From assembly GCA_965649765.1 (NCBI GenBank), contig OZ287755.1, forward strand, positions 40,176,001-40,240,000: a DNA stretch of 64,000 bases, written 5' to 3'. The notes under the pieces were generated by a model. The model was not told the DNA's origin and searched no databases. It saw nothing but the letters and a program-made list of their open reading frames with translations. The translations under genes and the position numbers were made by a program. Positions within the stretch are counted from its first letter, which is position 1. Each line of letters opens with the position of its first letter. Source of the DNA: Bispira polyomma (Eukaryota). This document shows positions 27,331-39,430 of this stretch, one piece after another.

Positions 27331-28440
27331 CTAAAATAAATTAATTAACATAAGAGTAAATATATGTACCTGAAATATGCATAGTGAACAATATAGCCAA
27401 TGACCTTAATGACACAAACGTAATAACATTAAACCCTTTGCATCAGCAACTAAATCACCAGTTCAAGAATTTGTGATCATAAAAATAATAAGAATATGAT
27501 TCAAGAATACTATCTTCTGTAAAAAAACTGCCCTTGGGCGTTGTATATTTCTAAAAAAGGGGTTATAATTAAAAAAAAATTCTGTGGCTTTGTAACATGT
27601 TGTTGGAAAGTCATAGTAATATGTATACAACATTTGAACTATCCACAAATATCTGGTCTCTGAACCAAGGGTGAATAAAATTTACATGTTGACCTACATT
27701 ATCATACAATTATCTAAAACAATCTAATAATAAAAACTGCCTGAAGGACAGATGTAGCTATTATCCATATTATTTTAATGTAGTAACTTCTAAAATATTG
27801 GCATTTGGTTATCTAAAAATTTCTTAAAAAAGGGAGAGAGGCTATAGCTAGAGAGGGGGCTTTAATTACATAAATATAGTTTAGTGTAGTTTTAAGATTT
27901 TAAACATTTTACCCACATTATTAGGTAAAGTCATCAAAGACACTCCGAAGAAGTAGAGTCCAGTTACAGGGCAAGTAAACATTCCAGAACTGGTGTCGTA
28001 ATGTCCGCCATAGTTTGCAAACACTGAATTAAACACGATTTTCTGTCCCTCTGGACATTCCATATCTGCTCTGGGATAGGCTGTGAATCCCACATATTGC
28101 TTTTGTACTGCAAATATATCACCTAACATCAAACATTTATCTATTTAATGCATAGAACCAAGACTTACATTCTAACATAACCGAAAACTTCTCAATTTTA
28201 AGTGTAAATTTTTTTGTGTAGTCATATTAAACATGAGATAAGACACTTCTAGTCATCCTAGTCATGCTTTGTTACATAAAATATTGCACCGTGCTTTAGC
28301 CTAAGTGCAATGCATTATTTTATAATATTGCACTCTTACATTGTAGATTATTGTGACATGAAAACAGTTTTAAATCAATGTATAACAACACCAAGTACAA
28401 ATCTTATTTGAGTATTTTTTTTACTGTAAATTAAAGGTGA

Positions 28441-28480
<40 letters not shown>

Positions 28481-31400
28481 CACAAAAGAAACCCTGGAAC
28501 AATAGTCATTCAGTATCTCAAAATATTTAACTATGAGTAAATCTAACAGTAGAAATCAACAGTTACATATATATGTTACAGGCAACCTGTGTAATCAGGA
28601 ATTTTGCAAAATCCCTGGAAATTTCAGTCATTTCGCAAAATCCCTGATTCACTTAGGCAATTCCCAAACTGCCACAAAGTATCAACTTTTTTCTCATTAC
28701 TTGTCAGACATACAGAATTCATACACTTTTAAGTTGATTGTACATCATAGGCTAATATAATTGGTAAACACTTTGTAGTGACTCAAGGTCATGTGTATGT
28801 ACCACAAATGCAATGAAGCACTAATCTTTTTAAGCATTTGCTCTAAGTTGATCGTACATCATGGGCTTTATAGCATGAAGAAAATATAATGGATAAACAC
28901 TTTGAAGTGACTTTTGGGATAAATACTGACCACAGATGAAATCAATCACTTATTTTTTTAAGCAGTGGCCTCCTGTAAGTTCATCCCTGAGTAAGTATTT
29001 GTTTTTATTATCAAAACATCTTGGTACCTTTTAATGTTTGCCAAGACAAGAATTTTAAACCAGCAGCCACCTAAAGAGTGATTAAAGTCTGAGTAAGAAA
29101 TGATGCGAGATCCTTGGTAGGAAGTGTATTACATTGATAATTGCAATCAGATTCATTTCCTGGTAGGAGGGTTTATAAAATCTAAACAGATTGGTAATCC
29201 TTCACTTTTTACTTTTCATATATATTAAACTGCTGTATTTACTTGTGGAAATGGCTAATTTCTCTCGTGGTGTCTAGGCTACACGGGTGTCAGTCCTGCC
29301 CCACCCTTAAAATTTGACTTAAGTTACCAGGCTAAATTGTACAGGTAAACTGCTTATGACATCACACGAGTTTCCCCTTGTTGTCAGAGGTTCAAATGTT
29401 TACACTCATTTTTCATTGGCTTAGAGCTTGGGCTAACCCAAAGGGTCTTATTAATCAGTCAGTTTAAAATTTGAAACTGAAAGGCACAGACGTGCTAGAA
29501 CTTTTATGTGGAAACTGAATATTTTTATGAACTGTCTTCTCGTTTTTAGTTTGTTTTTAGTTGTTGTTTTTATATTAAAGTGATCTGCAACGAACGAACA
29601 CTAACTGGAAGGAGTTTGGATGAAATTATCAGTGAATTGTGCTAGATACGGCTGATCTGACAACCTCATGCTTGCTTGGCTCGAAAGGGCAACAAAATTA
29701 TAAATACTGGCTTCTCTATTTCTGTATAACAAATTTTTGGTGTCAAGCGTGTGATTGTCAAACCAGGCCCAGAGGTATGTGCTATCTTTTCAGAGTTTCA
29801 GTATTAACTGTGACTATTAAAAATGCCAAAGTGTAGTAAAACGCTGTGCAAAAAGTGTGTGACCAGACATTTCCCACCCACGGGTAAAAAATGTCAATTG
29901 GAATTAGAATTGGACGTGACTTCACAGGTGGACGAAGTACTAATGCAGAAGAAGGATTCTCACCAGAGGCTGAAGTGGCTGAAGAAGACGAGGGAGACAT
30001 GCAGAGGCAGATCCTGAAGGAGCTTCGAAAGGTCAACTCCAGGCTGGATGTGGTGGAGGAACGGGTGGCGGAAACACAGAAGGGACGACAGAGAGTACGG
30101 GATAATTCAAAGTTAAGTAGTGATTCAAATAAACGTTACAGTAAGAGTATAAAACGCAGTTCAAGAAACAAACATATGGAAAGTGACAGTGATACGTTTT
30201 CTCATAAACAGTGCAGTAAACATAAGAGAACAGTCAGTAGAACAGTTTCAAGTGATAGTGATACATCTTCTGATGATTCAGTAGTACCTACTATGTCAGT
30301 ATTGAAATCCTCCCAGGATATACAGAGGGAAGTAGACAGCAGGTTGAGAGAACTAGAATGTGAAGGGGCGTGTAATTCAGGTAAACATTTGACCTCCAAA
30401 ATTAAGTCGAAAAGGGGGGGGGGGGGGGGGTAATGTAGATATCATTGTCAAGAATAGAGTGGCTTGGCCACATGAGTGTATCCTGGGGGGTACCAGTAGA
30501 CAAAGAGTGGTATATGATCAGTTGTCGCTCACACAGTGGGTACAGGGCTTTTGTAAAAATATTATAGAAGAGCGTGATAGCTCAACCAAGGATAAAATGG
30601 TGCAGTATATATCAGAATTGATGGAAGATGCTACAGACTTTTCGTGGCAGGGGGCGAAGGCGGCTCATGCGTTTGTCTTATGCGAAATGGAGAGAGGTAC
30701 TGTAACATGGCAGAACACATCTCGTATTGACAGAATACACAGGGCCCATGTGCAAAAACATATCCCAGGTTTGGGCAAATCCAGTTAGGGTAAAAATACT
30801 GAAAATACCAGAAAACCTTGGTATTGTAAAAATTATCAAAATGGTAGCTGCTCTCACAGCAAAGATCACAAAATGGGGGACAAATGCAAAAACACATTTG
30901 TTCTACTTGTTTGGAAAGGGGAAGAGAATTGAATCACCCAGAAAAAGATTGTAACTTTGCCAAAAAGAAAACCTTTTCAAAAAACGAGCTAGCTGCTCAA
31001 CTTTAGAGCAAGGTGAGGGCAGCAAAATATCAGCTCATGATAATAAATGTTCTACAAAAGTAAATATTAAAACAGAAGCTGGTTGCAGCAAGGCTGCAGT
31101 ATCTGTCAATGTTGGTAAAGGTAAAGTTTCAGTGGAAAAGGTGTCTGAAAAAGTGGTAAATATATTCAGGACCAGACTTGTTTATAACAGTCGTGTCAAT
31201 GTGAGAGAAACCCAAGCTATGTTAGCACATAAAGGTAAACAAAGTCGACAAATGTGACAGAACGACCAAGTACACAAAACAAAGTACTGACAAAGACTTT
31301 CTTCCCAACAAAAGACTCGACCCAAAGTAAGCACGACAATAGACATTGTGTAACAAAGGGTGACGTCAACAATAAAAATGCTAAAGGGGGCTCACACAAA

Positions 31401-34400
31401 GGGGTAACTCTAGTTCTCCCAGAGCAATAGACACTAAAGTTAGTGGTGAGGTGTCACTTCACAATGGTGACATTGAAGTTACAAACACAGGCAGACTAAT
31501 TGAACAGAATGACGTGAGCGATAGTGACAGGCAATTAGCTGACACAGGTGAAACAATCAATGGTGACACGGGAATGAAGCAGTTGGTATATGATGTAAAC
31601 AAATACAACTCTGATGATAAGTTCATCAATTCAATCCTTGGTAGAACAAAGAATCGGGACTTGGACAATAAGGCATTGACCAAGGTGTTCACTTTCATGA
31701 CTTGGCAAAAACAATCAGAATTTGACTTTGGGTTTATCCCTCTATCGGACAGAATAGAAAAAGGGGGGTGCTCGGGTGAATGCCCTAATAAGGTGGTCAA
31801 TCCTTTCCAGCAACATGCAGTGATAAAAAGTACTGGGGATTACAACTTTAAGGTCGCCCGTATACCAATTGCTTCACAACTAAACGTTAACAACTGGAAA
31901 AAATACTTGCAAAACTATTGGGATCAGCAGTTAGTAGAACTGATTGAGTTTGGATTTCCCCTTGACTTTAATAGGCGATGTCCTCTGAGATGGGAAGGGG
32001 AGAACCATAAGTCGGCTACAGATTACCCAAAAGACATAGAAGTATACTTGAAAGAAAAAGGTACATTTGGGGCAATCTTGGGTCCATTTAATAAACATCC
32101 CATTGAAGGTGGTCACTTCTCCCCCTTTATGAGTAGGGAAAAGCCAAATTCAGATAACAGAAGTCATTATTGACTTAAGTTGGCCTCCTGAGGCGTCGGT
32201 GAATGCAGGAGTGGATAAGAACCAATACTTGGGTGTTGATTTCAATTTAACATTTCCAACGGTCGATCACATAACTGCTGAACTCAATAAACTCGGTAGA
32301 GGTGCATTGATTTATAAAATAGACGTGAGTCGTGCGTTTAGACACGTGAAAATAGACCCCCATGACTATGACTTGCTAGGTCTCCAGTGGAAAGGCACTT
32401 ATGTAGACACGTGTCTCCCATTTGGGAGTAGACACGGGAGTCAAATTTTTCAGAGACTAAGTGACGCGGTGCGTTACATTATGTGTAACCATGGTTACAG
32501 CGTAATAAACTACATTGACGATTTTATCGGATATGGTACGCCCTCTGTAGTTCAAAAATTGTATGACTGTCTAACCAAAACCTTAGAGGACCTAGGTTTG
32601 ACCATCAGTGCATAAAAGCTCATCACCCCTGCGACGCAAGTGGTATGTTTGCGTGTCCTTATTGACACCACAAAAGGTACAATTGCTATACCCCAAGAGA
32701 AATTGCTAACAATACAAGACACAGTCAAAAAATGGCTAACAAAAACCATGTGCACAAAGCGTCAACTGCAGTCTGTACTTGGATTTCTGCTGTATGTTCA
32801 CAAGTGTGTAAAACCAGCTAGGATATTTCTTAATAGAATGCTAGAACTCCTCAGGTGCTCATATAGCAAAAGTACTATAAAAATAACCAATGACTTTCAC
32901 AGAGACTTAAAGTGGTTCAGTAAGTTTCTCCCAGAATATAATGGGATTTCCATGTATGACTATAGGGCTGTGGACTATGTGTTAGAGCTGGACGCGTGTT
33001 TGACTGGACTTGGAGGTGTTTGGAAGAACTGGGTATATCATTTAGAGGTTCCTAGAGGTTACATGAATTTGACCATTGTGCACCTAGAAATGGTGAATGT
33101 GTTGCTGGCTGCTAGGTTGTTCCAGAAAGCATGGGCTGGCAGAAAGGGTGATAACCAGGCAGTGGTGTGGGCTTTACAACTGGGCAAAGCAAAAGATCCC
33201 TTTTTGGCAGCTTGTGCCAGGAATATTTGGTACACGGCTGCAGTAGCAGACATTGAATTCCAATTTGTCCATATACTGGGAAAATGAAATAGAACCGCTG
33301 ATTTGCTGTCAAGATGGCAGAATACCATTGAAAATAATCAGGAACTCTGTAATCTTGTTAATAGCCCTGTTTGGTTGAACACATCAGTGGAAATGTTAGA
33401 GCTAGATAGCGAATTGTGATCACATAATAATGATATGATGCTATACTTTGTTACAGGACACAGGCTCCTGGGGAAGCTGGGGTCACAGGCCAATTCTAGA
33501 CTTACAGAGGCTTTCAGGCCCAAGACGCAGACGACATACAGACAACAGTTTAGGACATTTGTGGCATTTTGTGTGTATGTTAAAGTTCAATTGCATCAAG
33601 TGTCTGTGACATGTGTCATGTCCTTTCTAGAATTTCTAATGTTTAATAATGTTTCTAGTCACATGATGGCCAACTATATCTCTGCAATCAAAGCGAATTT
33701 TAACACTTAAAAGATGGTTTTAGTTAAGGTCACCTTAGGGTGTACGTAAAGTAAATTAAGGTCACCAGATGTTGGTGACCAGTGTTCAGCATAAAAGTAA
33801 ATGTAACTGAATGTTTTGTGTACTCTGTATAATCGTGTTTTATCTGTGAATATATTGTAGTAGTAGTTCATGTACATATTAATAAATCAGTATCCGCATA
33901 TGAATCTTTTCACTTTGACTTGGTGGGGTAGGGACTGATGATAATGGCCTTAAATACAGAAATGAATTATTCCAAAGGGTTGCAAAGTGTGAAAAGTATC
34001 TGCTTGTACATTTCAGATCCAGATCCAGACATCTTTACATACTCAACAAATATGAGGTTCTTCAGTGTGGAGACATTTAGAAACTGATTAAGAAACGTTC
34101 ATCCCCAGAGGATCCTCTCATATACTATGTCTGCATTGAAGAGACATATGAAATATTGTTCATTTTTCAATCACTGTTTGTAATTACTACAAATTTTGGC
34201 AATTTGCGTATGCCTAAGCCTAAAAACCAGTCATTTTGCGAAATCCATGGAAATTTTAGTCATTTCTCGAATTGCCTAAATGAATCAGGGATTTCGCGAA
34301 ATGACTGAAATTTCCAGGGATTTTGCAAAATCCCTGATTACACAGTTTGCTTGTAACATATACATTTCACAATAATTATCGTAATCATTGACTTTGCAAA

Positions 34401-35983
34401 GATTCGTGTGACAAACACTGAGGTCTGTATCTTAAATGTTAACATTATCGACCCTCTATGTTTTCATCTAGCCACCAATGGCATTTGTTACTCCTAGAAC
34501 TTATGTCTGTCTACCAGTATCAAGGTCCCTGTGGCCTAGTGGTTAGGGAGTTGGTCTGAAGATCTGCAGGTTCTGGGTTCTTTTCCTGGAACTGGTCGCT
34601 AGTTTCATTGGTGGGATAACATCCTTGGGCAAGATGTGTATACATGTTTGCCCAGTGGCTCTGATGACCACTTAAAAAAGATGCTTGGGGACTTTGATAA
34701 ATGGTCATCCTCAAGCCTTTTTCCTCAGTCAGGGGAATGACAGTAACAGTTGCAGTCAGGTAAGGGTAAATTTGCGCTCTGAATACCAGATGAAGGTAGA
34801 TATATGCGATGAATATAAATCTGAATATGAATTATTCAACATCACAAGAACATCCTATTCCATTTTCCTTGGGTTACTCGCAATAGGAAATTCTTAGTAA
34901 GCACAATTCCCTGTATTAAAAATATAGATGAGGCCGTTATTAAATTCTCAAAGTAATTTGTCGTGTGTTTTTTAGTTTTGTTTTTCCCGGTAATAGTTTT
35001 CTTCTGGGATCCAAATTGTTTAATATTTGCTGGTCTCATAATATTCTTGCGTATGGTAATGCACTACTAATTGACCACAAATACAACAGATCTATAGATT
35101 GCAGGATAGCCAATACTTACCCACAGACTTCAAAACATTGATCTCCTGCAAAACTTTTTGGAGCTGCTTTTCTACCTCATCCAGCCTCTAAAGAAAAAAA
35201 AAACTACTTGAATTATTATGCTAAACCTAACTATATTTTTTGGTTCTGTTTAATGCTTAAAACATTAATAGCAGTATTAATTGGTGCAAATTATCTGATT
35301 CTTTATAATAAAGAATAAGTCTAGAAGTTGGAGTGGTCTCCCGACAATGGAGTGGCCATCCAGTAATAGTTGTCACTATTACAGGTTTGACTGTATTAAT
35401 TATTACTTTGTAAATCATTGTTCATATAATTATGAACAGTATTTTTGGTACACAAACTACTCTCTGCACCAAAACCAGTGATGCAGAGGTTAAAGGCAAG
35501 TGATGGTGAAGCTATTTACTAATTGGCCAACGCAATTAAAAATGAAGACATTAGTTGCAAAAGAAGGAGATTGTTCCATCCCAGGGGCGATAAGATATAT
35601 ATTTGTAGGTCTAATGACCAGACAAAATATCAGTCCTCTGTCAGTTGGTTTTATCCCGAGTGGTAGGCTAAATATACCTTTGAGACGTTGATAGATGGTG
35701 GCATACTCAAGTTTCTGTTTAAAGTCAGGAGCATGACAGCTACTGCTGTTGTTTGGCAATTGTTTGAATACCAGATAAATAAATAAAATGAACCAAGTAT
35801 AAGTTTGTATACAATACAATAAAAGATGAAAAAACGCTGTTATAGAAGAAATACCTAATAAATCAAGTATCCATCAATAATATTATTGGCAAATTAAAGT
35901 CCAATACATACCTTTGTCTCAGAAGCCAGACAACAGCATAGAGCAAGATATAAAAGAATCAACTTCAGAATAAGCCCTGTCAT
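27097..35983 (-). CDS. Secreted C1q-domain-containing protein type B (copy B2), 187 aa, intact; exons 35983-35912, 35187-35121, 28107-27917, 27330-27097
   Basis: MTGLILKLILLYLALCCCLASETK | RLDEVEKQLQKVLQEINVLKSV | VQKQYVGFTAY...IVFNSVFANYGGHYDTSSGMFTCPVTGLYFF...NN | YVAPQ...GSEVWL...SSFYGFLIALSTSA*. GT-AG introns, consistent phases 0,1,0, C1q signature motifs. Confidence 0.88.
27917..28107 (-). CDS. B2 exon 3 (C1q N-half)
   Basis: tttgcag acceptor, gtgggt donor, 191 nt. Confidence 0.92.
28444..28479. repeat. (TA)n microsatellite
   Basis: Directly visible. Confidence 0.95.
29823..31006 (+). pseudogene. DIRS #2 gag-like ORF with frameshifts
   Basis: N-terminal CKKCVTRHFPPTGKKC, coiled coil, WPHECIL...YDQLSLTQWVQGF, C-terminal CCCH-like finger, ends ...SKNELAAQL*. 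Confidence 0.85.
30985..33418 (+). pseudogene. DIRS #2 pol (RT + RNase H), a few lesions
   Basis: ORFs 31451-32173, 32199-32615 and 32640-33287 carry the RT and RNase H motifs. Confidence 0.92.
33457..33710 (+). pseudogene. DIRS #2 tyrosine recombinase N-terminal domain, truncated
   Basis: ANSRLTEAFRPKTQTTY...FLEFL...ANYISAIKA aligns with the element #1 YR N-terminus (SNHLSAIKA). Confidence 0.8.
34525..34830 (+). mobile_element. tRNA-derived SINE family 1
   Basis: TGGCCTAGTGG head, CCTTGGGCAAGATG core; equivalent copy at 62387-62700. Confidence 0.75.
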
Positions 35984-37439
35984 CGTGATGTCTTTTACTC
36001 AGTTATGGTGATGTTATATTAAAAACAGATAAAGAAATAAGTAGATAACACACTAAATATATCACACGGAATATATGAATATGTTATCAATGAAAGAAGA
36101 CAGACTGTTTCCCAATGTATGCAGTTGTAATCTCAATTACGTCCATTGTAATATTGATGCACTTGTACACTTGGGTGATGGCCATGTGGCTTTAGCGTCT
36201 GTTGAATAATACATGAACGGAAAGACCAGATGGACAATTGCAAATAATTTCCAGTAACGAACCCCCTGTCATATCTTACAAATATCTGGCAGATATAGTC
36301 TATAATAGCAAACTTAATGAAATTGGCAATTACTTGTCTGTCAGTATTAGTGCCTCCTTTCACAGGTATAAGATTATTGTCTATAAACTTGGCCATTGTC
36401 CGGATTAACATGAATTCGTTAATAACCAATTTCTTTGAAACAGAAGCAATTTCAGACCAGGAATTTCAGACCAGGGTTTATCAGCATGGCCTTACACAAA
36501 CTGCATTCATTTTTAGCAAACTCTTCATGTATTGGGTTTCCCCATAATGTGGAAGATATTCAGCAGTCATTACTTATCACAACTTTTTGCAGGTTCTGTT
36601 TGGCAAGTCCCTATACCTGTAGGTAGAATTTCTCATACACTTGTCCCAATGGGCATTTTGATATCGTTCAGAATCAAGTCCTGCAAGTCTGATGCTAGAT
36701 ATTGCTTCAAAGTAGTACTCCCACAAATGGATCATGTGTTGCTAAAACTAAGAGTCAATATGGCAACACAGGGCAGGTGCATAATGACGCAACATGACAT
36801 CCACATAGGTCACCAGAAAGTCTGCAGTTTGTTTAACTTTTTGATCATTCCTTATCACAACTTTTCGCAGGTTCTGTTTGGCAAGTTTGATTTCCACACA
36901 TAATTGCATTCTCTTCTTGAAGCCTCTGGCCATATTAGTGCTACCAATGGCCAAGCAGCGGATAAGATGGGAAAGTTGGTGTATTAATATCTTCACGACA
37001 GTAAGAACTGTATGTAATCAAAGCTATTCATGCATTCCTGTTTCCTGTCTTGTAAGGAAACTTCAGTTGTAATGGGTCATTTACACAACAAAAGTCCACC
37101 GAATGAGAAGCAAAGTCAAATATTTGCCTGAAGATACAAAACATGATCTCTTTCCCAGGATGGAGGCGGTTCTCCATCTAATAAACACAGTAAGTACACT
37201 ATTATCTGTTCAGATTATATACTCACCATATTATACTATGCATTGTTTTGATTATTAGTTTTTGTCGTTAATTACTAGTTACTGTACAATAAATGTTTTG
37301 GAAATTTTAGTTTCATTAACCAAAACATTTTATGGAACAATATTAGGTACAGAATAGTACTGTAATGAGTAGTGCAATATTTACAATAATACATAAACAA
37401 TTGAACTTAGCCATGTATCGGTATTATCTGATAAAATAT

Positions 37440-37935
37440 AGGAGAAGGCCAAGGATGCGTGTTTGAGTACAGAACTGGGTCCTAGGGAGGCCCCATTATG
37501 GGCAATATGAGAACTTGATGGCCGAGCTAGAACTGGAAGATCAGACCGCCTTTACAGAGTTTGTGCAGCTCAATCCAGTAATGTTCCATAAGCTATTGCA
37601 GCGCTTGGAGTACTGGATCGGGAGGTCACACACCTATTTTGGTGGTCAATTGAACCCGATTGTAGATTGGCCACCACCTTAAGATATTTGGAATTGGGAA
37701 ATTCATACAGTTCCCTGATGTTCAGTTTCCGTGTGGCCTCAACAACAATCTTATAAATTATCAGCTAAGTCTGCGTTGTGATATATGAGGAATATCATGC
37801 TTGGGTCTGGAAATGCCCGCAGACACTGGACGAGTGGAAAGCAGTCACAGCTGAGTTTGCTGCTAGGTGAAATTTCCCACATACCCTGGGCTCAATCGAC
37901 GGGAAACATGTTGATATCGCCCGTCCACCAAATCG
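37440..37935 (+). pseudogene. PIF/Harbinger transposase remnant #1
   Basis: YGQYENLMAEL...LATTLRYL...YSSLMFSFRVA...FPHTLGSIDGKHV; C-terminal half missing. Confidence 0.88.
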
Positions 37936-37939
37936 TCCT

Positions 37940-39430
37940 CCCCTTGTTGTGCAGGGGAGGGTGTCCAGGGGTTGTCACTACGCTGGATATTGAGATATCC
38001 ATTTGCCTTTTGCCCAACACTGAGGGGACACCACTCCCTTAGAAAGTGGTGATCTAAAGAGGCTGCTGCTTCCCGCAGCAGCTGTTCCAGCCGTGGCAGC
38101 AGAAGCAGCAGCACCAGAAGTTGAGGTTGTACTGGTTACAGTGGTGGTGCTGCTTCTAATCCAATTATTAGAATATAAAGTCTAGTATTGGGGAGTGGCA
38201 TCTGAGTATTGCAGCTGTGACTGTAAAGGCAGACTGTAATGCGGCTACTGCGAAGTCTGTGACAAAAGCTGCTGCTGCAAAGTGTGTGATAACTGCGGCT
38301 GCTGCTGCAAAGTGTGTGATAACTGCTGCTGCTGCAAAGTCTGTGATAACTGCTGCATCAGCTATGGGTGGATGTGTTCACTAGCCCTCAGTATGAGCCA
38401 CTTCCCTCAGTGCGAGATGGCATCCTCCTGCTTGTCCTGTTTCTTCTCCGATTGCTGCTGCAGCTGGACCCCTATGTAGCAATTTATGTTTTTTTGGGCC
38501 CACTTCATGTCGCTGACACCCTCCTTCATTGTTTGCAGGATCTCATGCTCCCCAATGAAGCAGTTGCTCGATGGGTGAGAAGACTGTATCCATATCAGGG
38601 GCATCAGGGTCCCGTGGGGCAGGCGGTGGCTTCCCCAGCTGTAATGATAGACTGAACAACAACATTAGTCAAATAATTTGAACTAGGTAAAAATCCATTC
38701 ATTTGATGTGAAAAGAAAGAAGGTTTTAATAAAATATGTCTGCACTGGCCTGAAAATAATTTATATTGAAGCAATATATATACTAATAGACTACATACAA
38801 TATAAAAATCAAATTCAATCTTATTACTATTTAAATTTTGCAATCACATCACCATTACATTATATATTACACCCCTTACTACATCTCTTAATACTATAGA
38901 AATTTAAAAAAAAAGATACTTACAGCGCAGCTCACCGGCCCCACATGGCAGTGATATCCCCTTTGAGGAAGTGGAAATGCTTCAGTATCCAATTGTCCTT
39001 CTTGGTGCGCTCTGTGGTCCCCGCCCTGGAAGCCGTCTTGGTCAGCTTCCTGTATCTGGTCCTCATGGAGCACCACCAGATCTCCAGCTTGGCAGGGGTC
39101 TCGCCAACCTTCTCGGGTTGGATGGCCCACAACCTCTTCTTCTTCTGGATGTCCTTGTATTCCTTAAGGCCCTTTCTAGAAAACAAGAGGTGGGCCTCTA
39201 TGGCATCCTCATTTTTATCCCCTAAGTTTACATGGGTCTTTGGCCTCCTCCTGCCAAGCTCTCCAACTCACTCTCAGACTGTGCCAGGGAACCAGCCAGC
39301 AATTCCAGAGCACCAGGAGCAACTTCTTCAGCTGCTTCTTCCTCCTTCATGCACTCAACGATGACAGGCAGAGGGTCAACAGGCTGCTCGACCTCTGGCA
39401 CCAAAGCCCTCTTCTGCCTTTGGAGGCATT
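37940..39430 (-). pseudogene. Harbinger accessory Myb/SANT (MADF-like) gene #1, convergent with the transposase
   Basis: EYKDIQKKKRLW...LEIWWCSMRTRYRKL...NWILKHFHFL; gtaagt donor at ~38923, acceptor at ~38652; Q-rich repeats in exon 2. Confidence 0.75.

Larger units (their letters stand above)
29250..33950 (+). mobile_element. DIRS-like tyrosine-recombinase retrotransposon #2; YR truncated; ends approximate
   Basis: gag, RT (KIDVSRAFRH, LPFGSRHGS, YIDD), RNase H (LDACLTG, DN), YR N-terminus. Confidence 0.92.
28574..34358 (+). mobile_element. Ginger-type (KRBA2/SCAND3-like integrase) DNA transposon derivative carrying the nested DIRS #2
   Basis: ~90 bp TIRs TGTTACAGGCAA...TTGCTTGTAACA; TATA TSD; empty site at ~62220. 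Fragment 34027-34158 RHLYILNKYEVLQCGDI*KLIKKRSSPEDPLIYYVCIEETYEIL resembles the N-terminal region of KRBA2-like proteins. Confidence 0.8.

Noticed and set aside
12206-30431. Poly-G/C runs (12206, 17618, 20940, 30413) as G-quadruplex elements
   Set aside because: Simple homopolymers of unreliable length that are not conserved between units.
38282-38479. Cys-rich ORF resembling a metallothionein
   Set aside because: It is the antisense reading of the CAG-rich repeat in the Harbinger Myb/SANT exon; the start is GTG.
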